Source: Carcharhinus amblyrhynchos (Eukaryota). Taken from it: a stretch of 64,000 nucleotides of DNA. A program made the position numbers and the translations under genes. The stretch is taken from contig OZ336888.1 in assembly GCA_965287045.1 (NCBI GenBank), positions 24,304,001-24,368,000 on the forward strand. Reading direction: 5' to 3'. Below the pieces are notes generated by a model, which had not been told where the DNA came from, searched no databases, and worked only from the letters and a program-made list of their open reading frames with translations. Of this stretch, positions 1 through 10,203 are shown in pieces (the first letter of the stretch is position 1; every line of letters begins with the position of its first letter).

Positions 1-1058
1 AAATTCAAATCATCGGAAATCCTTTCAGAAAACCTTATCACCCAGAAAAGTATATTATAATTTGTTTGCAACTATAAACTAATTTGCGTCTGCAACAACA
101 GCATTAAGACAATCAGAACAGCGGGAGCAGGCAAAAACTACTAAATTAATTTATTTTACAAATGCAGCTGGCTGGTTTTTCAGTTCCTGACAGCCTGTTA
201 GTAAGCAGAAAATGCACAGAAGTTGTGTTCTGCTTGAATTCTGCCCAAGTTAGCGCACACCCCATTTTCTGTCATTATTTTCAATGATTGGAATAATGTG
301 CCTGACCAAATGGTAGCGATATATTGTGTGTCAAATTTTTGTGTCATTTTTAGTGTTGAACTGTTCTGTGTTTGATTATATAAGTCTGTTTATAATTGAT
401 AATCACTGTGTTTGGTTATTTAAGCCCGAGTGTGGACTCAGATAAAAGTAAATAAACTTGAGAAGCTACTGGACGCTGAGCGTGACAAGCATATTGTTGA
501 CATTTGAGCAAAAAATACTCTCAATAAAGTTGTTGCACATTTAGAAACTAGTGTCATTTCTCCATTACTCTGAGGAAAATCAAATAAATAAAATATGCAA
601 CATCATGAACAGCAGTCCATGCCCTTGCTAGTATCAAGTTAGCTCATCATTGTTAGGTCTGCTGCAGCCCACAGATATCTCCCTGGCAGCAGAGGTCATC
701 CAAGTGGAAAGAATCTACTTTCTCTGCTCTTCTTCACCAGTGGCCTCAGCGATTATATCCCATTCACCTGTACTCCAGGCCCATTCCATGGTGGCTGGGC
801 CTGGCCAGCTGCAGTACCAGCAGTGGCCACAAAGCCCCAGTGGTGCTACTGGGACTACAAGACTACCATGCCTCCGGCCGACAGCTCTTGGAGATTGGGC
901 CTCCTCCCTTAAAGCCTGACAACAAGTAGACAACGGCCTGACATCTCATTCTGTTGGGGCTTCTGACTATGGCTGTGGTAGGACTGCCCCTGGCTACTGG
1001 CCAGTGGATAGGGCCACCATAGCGGCCATTAAATTTGGCAGTGCTATATTTCAGAGCA

Positions 1059-1544
1059 GGGGTGGCACGATGGCACAGTGGTTAACACTGCTGCCCCACA
1101 GCGCCATGGACATGGGTTCAGTTCCCAGCTTGAGTCACTGCCTATGTGGAGTCTGTACATTCTCCCCATGTCTGCGTGGGTTTCCTCCGGTGCTCTGGTT
1201 TCCTCCCACAGTTCAAAGATGTGTGGATTAGGTGAATTGGCCATGATAAATTGCCCTTTAGTGTCAGGGAGATTAGCAGGGTAAATATGTGGGGTTATGT
1301 GGATAGGTCCTGGGTGGGATTGTGGTTGGTGCAGACTTGATAGGCTAAACGGCCTCCTTCTAGTTTGGGGCCCTAGTTTGGGGGCGTTTAAGAGATCCGT
1401 GGATAGGTTTATAGACGAAAAAGGATTGGTTTAGATTAGTGGGTCATTGTTTTTTAACTGGTCGGCGCAACATCGTGGGCCGAAGGGCCTGTTCTGCACT
1501 GTTATGTTCTATGTTCTATGTTCTGCACTGAAAGAATTCTACGA
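1059..1544 (+). mobile_element. HE1/V-type tRNA SINE (type A, CR1-like tail) interrupted by a CR1 3' fragment at 1361-1524
   Basis: Head GGCACAGTGGTTAACACTGCTGCC; V-core GGGTTTCCTCCGG..TTTCCTCCCACAGT; tail split as GGCCTCCTTC|insert ending (TATGTTC)n|TGCACTG..ATTCTA. Confidence 0.85.
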
Positions 1545-1880
1545 GGCAAACATTTCAGGAATGTGGGAGCCTTGTAATCATGGGATTTCAAATAACACCC
1601 CCTCCCCCTCTTCCTATGACAAGCATTGCCCGCAAAACCTCAAAGCACTGGAACAGATAGCAGCATGGCTTGCCTTCTTAAAGTGAGAAGGGAAGTTTAT
1701 TTCGTATTCTTCTTTATTTTTCCCTGTGCTTTCAGATCCCCTGGCTACAATTGCCTCTATTGACTTTAATGGGATTACTGGCATTTTTGGGGTCTTTTTC
1801 TTTGGTTACTGCTATTGTCATATTTTAACTGAGGGCAGCTTTCAGGGTGGAATGGTGGAAAATAGTGAAACCTGAAAGCT

Positions 1881-2203
1881 GGGGCAGCACTGTGGCACAA
1901 TGGTCAGTACTGCTGCCTCACAGTTCCAGGGACCTGGGTTCAAACCTGGCCTTGGGTGACAGCCTGCGTCGAGTTTGTAGATCCTCTCCATGTCTGCGTG
2001 GGTTTCCTCCGGGTGCTCCGGTTTCCTCCCACACTCCAAAGATGTGCGGGTTAGGTTGATTGGTCATGCTCAATTGCCCCTTAGTGTCAAGGGAATTATC
2101 GGGGGAAATATGTGCGGTTATGGGGGTAGGGACCTTGTGGGATTATTGTCAGTGCAGGCTCGATGGGCCAAGTGACTCCCTTCTGCACTGCAGGGATTCT
2201 ATG
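1881..2203 (+). mobile_element. HE1/V-SINE type A
   Basis: Full head, core and GGGATTCTATG tail. Confidence 0.9.
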
Positions 2204-2382
2204 CTACCAGCAGAGTCTCTTGCTGGAATTTTACTACCCCATAGAATGGAATTTTCTATTGGCCTCAGACAGTATTTTACAAGCCTTGCCTGAGCAAGAT
2301 CATGAAATCCCGGTTTCTGTGTCCATTGTTCTTTTCAGCAGCATTGTGGGAATTTGTATTCAGACTGATGGTGATATTTCTC

Positions 2383-2970
2383 CCTCATGATGCCAGGGAC
2401 CGGGTTTCGATTGCTGGCTTGGGTCACTGTCTGTGGGGAGCCTGCACATTAGAATCATAGAATCCCACAGTGCAGAAGGAGGCCATTTGGCCCAATCAAG
2501 TCTGCACCAACCACAATTCCACCCAGGCCCTAGCCCCATACCCCATGCATTTATCCTGCTAATCCCCCCGACGCTAAGAGACAATTTGGCACGGCCAATC
2601 CATCTAACCTGCACATCTTTGGACTGTGGGAGGAAACTGGAGCACCCGGAGGAAACCCACGCAGACATGGGGAGAATGTGCAAACTTCACACAGACAGTG
2701 ACCCAATCCAGGAATTGAACCTGGGTCCCCGGTGCTTTGAAACAGCAGTGCTAACCATTGTGCCACTGTGCTCTCCCCATGTCTGTGTGGGTTTCCTCCA
2801 GGTGCTCCGGTTTCCTCCCACAGTCCAAAAGTCTTACTGGTTAGGTGCAGTGGTGACTGTCTCAGTATACCCGAACAGATGCCAGAGTGTGGTGACGAGG
2901 GGATTTTCATGCTAACTTCATTGCTGTGTTAATGTTAGCCGACTTGTGACACTAATAAATAAACTTTAAA
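2383..2970 (+). mobile_element. V-SINE type B (GGATTTTCACAGTAACTTCATTGC tail) containing a nested inverted type A SINE (2451-2772, minus)
   Basis: Host reads GCCTGCACATT|CTCCCCATGTCTG when the insert is removed. Confidence 0.88.
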
Positions 2971-3441
2971 CAACTTATATTTATATAGTTCTTCAACATG
3001 ATAAAACACACCAAACTTGTTCACATAGTGTGACACCAAGTAGCATAAGGAGATAACTAAGTTGGATGCCAAAAGCTTGGTTAAAGAGGTAAAATACAGC
3101 AGCCAGCAGGCAGAGTGCATAAGATTCCCAGGCGCATTGGCCAGCAACAGAGTGTATCCTGTAAAAATGAAGAAATTGTAAATGCCACAAAGTTTGACTC
3201 TTTTAAAGACTATAATGCAATCAGCATTCAGATGATGGAAAAATTATGAACTTTTACTCTGACAGTTTCTGACCATATTGGAAACCTGATATTCTGTTCC
3301 TGCTTCAACTCCTCCCCGTCTCTCCATGTGTGTTATTACTACAAAGGTTCTCCATGGTTTCAAAATAATTATAATAATAACAAAACCCATTTGAAGTTGT
3401 ATCAATAATAACAGAACTGATTCTTAGATTGTTCTGGAATG

Positions 3442-3805
3442 GGGAGGCGATCGCTTAGTGATAATATGGCTAGACTAGTAACTCAGCTAATATTCTGGGG
3501 ACCCAGGTTTGAATCCCACTACGGCAAGTGGTGGAATTTGAATTCAATTTAAAAAATCTGGAATTAAGAATATACTGATAACCATGAAACCATAGTCGAT
3601 TGTCGGGAAACCCACCTGGTTCACTAGTGTCCTTAATTGGTCTGGCCTCCATGTGGCTCCAGAGCCACAGCAATGTGGTTGATTCTCAACTGTCCTCTAA
3701 AATGGCCCAGCAAGCCACTCAGTTATCACCACCACCTTCTCAACGGCAACTAGAGATGGGCAATAAATGCTGGCCAGCCAGTAATGCCCATGTCCCATGA
3801 ATCTT
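3442..3805 (+). mobile_element. Second tRNA-derived SINE family with LINE-derived tail GGGCAATAAATGCTGGCC..GCCCATGTCCC
   Basis: B-box-like GGTTTGAATCCC; tail matches the 3' end of the LINE at 14150-15270. Confidence 0.75.
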
Positions 3806-5070
3806 TTAAAAAGTGATTGACTAAAGACAGCATATGTCTGCAAATTAATTGCTGTTATGCATATGGCTGTGAATGTTTTAAAATTATAGATGGATTCGAT
3901 GAGATTTCTAACTGTGCAATAGCGTTGATTATTGGTATGGTTTTGATTAAGAAAAATTCCTTTGTTGTCAACATTAGTGTTTGAGTTAATACGTTACATT
4001 TCTGTATTTGGGATATTATCTCTTACCCAAAATGGTGTTTACTTATTTTCTGTTTATTTGTCCTCTTATTCAGTTATCCCTCAATTTATGTTCAAAACCT
4101 TCTCCACAACACAATTGTCAAGTGTGTAGGCTGCCAGGAGCTGGTAATTTAAAGTGAACACCAGGTGGTTCAGACTATACTATGAAGCCGTATCATCCAT
4201 TGGACATAGATGGCATCATAAATCACAGAGCCATGGGCAAGTGGTTTATACAGTCAAGCAAAAGCTAAGAGAACACGACAATTGTGAAGACACCCATAGA
4301 CCATATTTTATAAGTTTTCAATGTTTTCCCTTTTGAGCCTTTGCTTTTCACATTTTTCTCCCGAAGGAGAAAACCACTTTCGCAACCACTGCCAGCTCCA
4401 TTTTACTATTAATATTACAACTGTCAAATCTGCCCTGTCATCTTTCCAGACAAAATTCCGTTCTTTGGAAAACGGTAGTATTGGATGAAAGAGCTCAGTG
4501 AGAAGTAAAGCATGTTTCACAGCACATTTGTGTGGAAATTGTTCTGTGAATTTAATAAGCAAGCACATTTGTATGAAATTCTAATTTTAACTAAGATATT
4601 AATCTAAATCCTTTTTGTTGACAGCACAAATACTTCCCCGTAGAGTTGTGACTGGAAGAGAGTGAATTTCCCTCTATATTGCCCTGACAACATAACTGTA
4701 AACTCCAAAGACATCTGCTGTAGAATGACATTTCCATTTGCCACGCTAGGTAGTCTTATTCTCTGGATTCATGCCCAGTATCAATCAGATTAAGACTCTC
4801 TAAATTTATTTTCTTGAAAATCCCTTACAGTCACCAGAGTAATGCTACTTTTTGCATGCTCCAGTCTGGCCTGAATTTGAACCCAGGTTCCAGTAGTGGT
4901 TGGACAAGATGCGTCATTCCTTTCCCGCATTGGGTTACGTAGAGTCAGTGGCTGGAATCTTGCCAACGTTCTCGCAGCAGGACTTTCCGATCCCGCCGCA
5001 ATGAATGGGGATTTGACTGGCCACCAAATATTCCGACATTGCTGTAGCAGGAGCATGGCATGAATGGCAG

Positions 5071-5388
5071 ATAAGAACATAAGAACATAAGAACATAAGA
5101 AATAGGAGCAGGAGTAGGCCATCTGGCCCTTCGAGCCTGCCCCGCCATTCAATAAGATCATGGCTGATCTGTCGTGGCTGATCTGTCGTGGCTCAGTTCC
5201 ACTTTCCCGCCCTCTCCCCATAACCCTTAATCCCCTCTCTTATCAAAAACCCATCAACCCGCTTCTTAAAAATATTTAGCGAGGCAGCCTCCACCACTTC
5301 AACGGGCAGAGAATTCCAGAGATTCACCACCCTTTGAGTGAAGAAGTTCCTCCTCAACTCCGTTCTGAACCGCCCCCCCTTTATCTTG
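5071..5388 (-). mobile_element. Young CR1/HER1 LINE 3' fragment
   Basis: ORF2 end RRNFFTQRVVNLWNSLP..GKWN*, tail (TTCTTATG)n, 14-bp internal tandem duplication near 5161. Confidence 0.93.
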
Positions 5389-5644
5389 CCCATATACTCT
5401 GTGGCACAAAAAGAGGTCCTTCAACCCATTGTATCTGCGCAGGTCATCAACTACCTGTGTATTTAGTCCCATTTTCCAGCACTTGATCTGTAGCCTCTTA
5501 CTTCTTCAGCATTTAGCAAAGCAGTAATACACTGTTTAAACACTTACCAATTTTCATTCCACTAATTAAAAATCGGCAGATTCTATGAAAGGGTGCAATC
5601 CACTTCATCAACTAACTGCTCAATTGATGAAGAAAGAAAAACTA

Positions 5645-5893
5645 AGTTTATTTATTAGTCACAAGTAAGGCTTACATTAACATTGCAATGAAGTTACTGT
5701 GAAATTTCTCTCGTTGCCACGCTCAAGCGCCTGTTTGGGCAATGCACCTAACCAGAATGTCTTTCAGACTGTTGGAAGAAACTGGAGCAACCGGAGGAAA
5801 CCCACGCAGACACAAGGAGAATGTGCAAACTCCACACAGACAGTGACCCAAGCTGGGAATCGAACCCGGTACCCTGGCACTGTGAGGTAGCAG
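5645..5893 (-). mobile_element. V-SINE type B
   Basis: Reverse complement of core and type B tail. Confidence 0.85.
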
Positions 5894-5924
5894 TCTTATC
5901 CTGATACCTGTTTAATAACTTAGC

Positions 5925-6195
5925 TATGACGAGGAGTCATTCAGATTCAAAACGTTGACTCTATTCTCTCCCCACAAATGCTTTTTAAAATTTTTATTAG
6001 TCACAAGTAGGCTTACATCAACACTTCAGTGAAGGTACTGTGAAAATCCCCTAGTAGCCACGTTCCGGCACCTGTTCAGGTACACTGAGGGAGAACTTAA
6101 CATGACCAATGCACCTGACATGTCAGACTTGCTGAGGTTTTCCAGCATTTCCTGTTTGTGTTTCAGATTTCAGCATCTGCAGTCATTTATTTTTA
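5925..6195 (+). mobile_element. Penelope-like terminal-repeat remnant with an inserted type B SINE tail (~5990-6120, minus)
   Basis: ATGACGAGGAGTCATTCAGATTCAAAACGTT...CAGACTTGCTGAG..TCCAGCATTT..TTTCAGATTTCAGCATCTGCAG. Confidence 0.65.
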
Positions 6196-6775
6196 CCTGT
6201 TTAATAATTGTCTGTGATAGCAGTAAGTGCACAGCAGCCAAATCCAGCCCATGGAATGTTGAAGGACGCTTGTGGAATCCAAGCAGAACACAGCAGGTTG
6301 ATGAAATACATTTTTCACAATGTATTTTCTCCCATCACAATCTGCTCTTTCTTTGACATAAGTTGGACATGAAAGCTGTGTTAAATGCATGGTTTAAATT
6401 ACAATCTGTTCTCTGACAATGATAGCCATCAGGGTGGAGTTAATTCACTAATACAGAACATTGCTAATTCATGAACAAAACTTACATTGCAGCGTAGTTG
6501 GTATTTCACATAATGATTTCTTAAAAATGTTTTTATTGGCGATTCTCCATTTTATCAAATAACACTACAAACCAGTACAGCACAGAATAATCGTCATTTC
6601 ACATATACGTACAGAAAAGAAGGGTAAATATCAATACAATTGGTTTGGATTATCAATTACAATTTGTTGTAACCATTATAATCAGCACCTCCTTTTACAC
6701 GAATTAAGAAAAGAGAGTACAAAGACTGGGGGTATCAGGATAAAGCCATCAGCACATAGAAGCTTGAAGTCTTCT

Positions 6776-7020
6776 TTAATTAGTGTCACAAGTAGGCTAA
6801 CATTAACACTGCAATAAAGTTACTGTGAAAATCCCCCAGTCGCCACAGTTCGGCATCTGTTTCGGTACACTGAGAGAGAATTTAGCACGGCCAATGCACC
6901 TGATCAGCATGTGGGAGGAAACCGGAGCACATGGAGGAAACCCACACTGACGTGAGGAGAACATGCAAACGCCGCATAGACATTGACCCAAGTTGCTAAC
7001 CCACTGTGCCACCATGCCAC
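6776..7020 (-). mobile_element. V-SINE type B
   Basis: Tail, core and head in reverse orientation. Confidence 0.85.
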
Positions 7021-8562
7021 CCCACATTGCACAATGGTGCACACCCTCACCTACAGGATAACAAGGTTGAGCTATACAGTATAAGGGAGCCTCTGTGGTG
7101 TCAAATACAATCAATCAGAGCCTAAGACAGCCCCCAAAATCCTCCAAACTATAAAAGGATACCCCAGAAAGAGTGAAGATCAGGATACAATCCTAAACCC
7201 AAGATGTGGCGTGACAATGTACATTACCACGTACAGGATAACAGGAGCAGAGTTACACAGCCTCACGGGACAAATACAGATGCAACAGATCTCAGGTATC
7301 TAAACTCACCCTCGTGCCCCACAGATAACACAATACCTTCTGCTGGGGAAAATCTCCATACCTTCCAAATGCAAGTTTTCAAAATTTTTGCTACCCTGTC
7401 TACACAGTCTAAGAAAATAAGGGATATTGAGACAGATAACAGAAGAGCCAGGAAGCCAAGGATTCTCACACCATGCTTGGGCTCACAACAAAACAAGCCT
7501 CACTCGTCTCCAGCCACACCAGAGGTAACACTCAAGCAGCACCATCAGCCAAAAATTTCACCAACTTTTCCACCAAAGAGATACCACCAAACAGGAAGAA
7601 GAAGAATGCGGGAAGCCCCATAAGACTGAATTTTAACAAGTTAGACCTATATCAGCATCCCATTTACCCAGATAATGAAAGCAAATCTTGGAGGGCGAGG
7701 AATACCAGGATAAGACTACAGACACAAGATGTGATTTGACAGTGCACACTCTCACTTGCAGGCTATCAGGAACAGGGCCACATAACCTAAAGTGTCCCCC
7801 ACACCCCAACAGAGGAGAACCTACACCTCAAGAAGGAGAGTTGTCCTGAAGTCCCCAAAGGGGACATCTCAGGGAAGGACAACCTATTCCCTCATCTAAT
7901 GCATTTCCCACAGGATCCAGCAATGGCTAATCAAGTAGCCACTGCCCTAACCTACCCACGCAAGATAAACTTAGAGCAACAACACAATGAAAAGAAGGGA
8001 CGATAGGCCAGGATTACTTAGACCGCCCCTGGGCTTCAACCAAATTTCCCCTATCTCCAATCACATTGAAGTGCCACTCAGGGCCTGCCATCAACAGGAG
8101 TCTGCCCATTTTCCCCCATCAAAGGAACCCTAGCAACTGGATGAAGAGTTGTCCAGATATCCACAAGTGGGCTATCTCAGTGAAGGACAAGAACCTCCTC
8201 CTCCAAACAGAATGATCTGCTCACCATACATTCCAGGAGCCAAACTATCGAGTAGCCACCACGCAATAATATAGGAAGCCAATCCAAGAAAGGTTAGACA
8301 ACCAAAGATTCTCCAACTACACTCGGATATACACCAGTAAATATTTCCCCCAACTCCAACTATGCAAGAGGCAACAATGATAATAAAACCCAATTAGTTC
8401 CAGAATCCATAATCTGTCTGTACCTTCACAGGAGACCAACAAGAATTCTTTAACCCCAAAACAACAAAAATACAAAAGAAAGACACGTTAGATTTAGGGA
8501 GAATTTTCTTCACCCACTACCTCCAATCAAGCTGTTTGCCCACCACCCTGCTATGATGCTGT

Positions 8563-8880
8563 TCATAGAGTCACAGCATCCCTAAAGTGCAGTAGATGGT
8601 CATTCAGCCCATGGAGTCTGCACCAACTCTTTGACAGAATATCACACCCAGGCCGTTAACCTACCTAACCTATACATCTTGAGGCAGTAAGGGGCAATTT
8701 ATCATGGCCAATCCACCTAAATGGCACATCTTTGGACTGTGGGAGGAAACCAGGGTACTTGGAGGAAACCCACACAGACAGGGAAGAACATGCAATCTCC
8801 ATACAGACAGTCCCTCAAGGTTGGAATTGGACCCAGGTCTCTGGCACTGTGAGGCAGCAATATTAACCACTATGCCACCT
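8563..8880 (-). mobile_element. HE1/V-SINE type A
   Basis: Core TTTGGACTGTGGGAGGAAACC..GGAGGAAACCCAC on +. Confidence 0.85.
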
Positions 8881-10203
8881 TATTGCTCATATTATCCAAA
8901 ATTAAAATATTGGATACCATATAATCTGATCCTCCATTATAAATGCCAGGATTACAACACAAAAATAGATAAATACTGCACAACCCTGAGACCATAAAAC
9001 CATTCCAGCAGCCTCCCAGTAGAATGATGGAGACCCATTATCAGTCCACAGGCAAAGGAAATATCTTTATATTGCAAACACTAGACCCTAGGGATTTGAA
9101 TTTGAGACAGAGTCAGAAGCAGGGTGAGCAGGCCCCCTTACCCACCCTGGTACCACATGGAAAGACCAAGATTGAATGCAAATGGTAACACACTTTAAAC
9201 TAAGGACTCCCTTGTTCCACTGCCAGAGCATACAGGCGGATGAGTTCCATGATAAATAAATGAATATCCCTGGCTTTCAAAGAATAACAGGATAACTGGC
9301 AACATACGCCTCAGTGCTCATATATCAAACATCCTTCTCAGGATAAAAGACAACATCACAAAATCAGGGTTATGATCACAAGGGGAGCAGTTCAGGATTA
9401 ATGATGAACTGCTGGATAATGTAACCATCCACTGAGTCTGAAAAGGCAAAACCCTCATCTACCTTCTTGGTTACTCCTTCAAAAAACTCAAATCAAATTT
9501 GTGAGGCATGATTTTCTATTCACAAAGCCATGTTGACTATCCCCAATCAATCTTTGCCTCTTTAAATTCCTGTCGAGCAACAGCAAGAATCCATTATTTC
9601 ACCAAGGTCTCTGCAAGTCCTTTGTGTCATCGCTCAGAATCTCCAGGGGAGAGACCGAGGCCCTGGCAACTAGTGAGTTTCCATTGTATCTGGTCACTTC
9701 CAGCCCGTCTCAACCAACACCAAGGTCAAGACAACATAAGACTAGCGATCAGAGTATATAACTAACCCTGGTCACAAAAAACAGTGTGCCTATTTGAACT
9801 GTCCAGCCAACAAATCACAATTACGAAAGCATGGCAGCTAGTTCTCAAACTCAGCCAGAAGTTTATACTCGGCTCACGTCAGAAGATGGACTGCATGGAC
9901 ACTCCTTCTCTGGCTCCATCTCCCCAAAACCAGGATATCTGACATACCATGCAGCAGGATTTCCAAGGGCTGAAGATGAGCCTTCACTGAGAAAACTGCC
10001 CTCTCCCCTGACAGGATTCTTTCTCCTGCTTCATCCATTTTCTCTCAAGCATCTTGAATTTTATCAGTGTGAGCACCAATGATTTGTCTATGCGGAGTTT
10101 ACACATTCTCCCAGTGGCTGTGTGAATTTCCTCCAGTTGCTCCTGTTTCCTCCCACAGTCCAAAGATGTGAGGTTGATTGGCCATGCTAAATTGCCCCTT
10201 AGT

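Noticed and set aside
1881-1960. tRNA genes
   Set aside because: A/B-box heads run straight into SINE bodies and do not complete a cloverleaf; the same holds for all copies.
1004-2915. Recurrent ORFs with CLCGVCTFSPCLRGFPP, MSAWVSSGCSGFLP or CGRKPEHPEETHAD as a gene family
   Set aside because: They are translations of the SINE core in different frames and recur wherever the SINE does.
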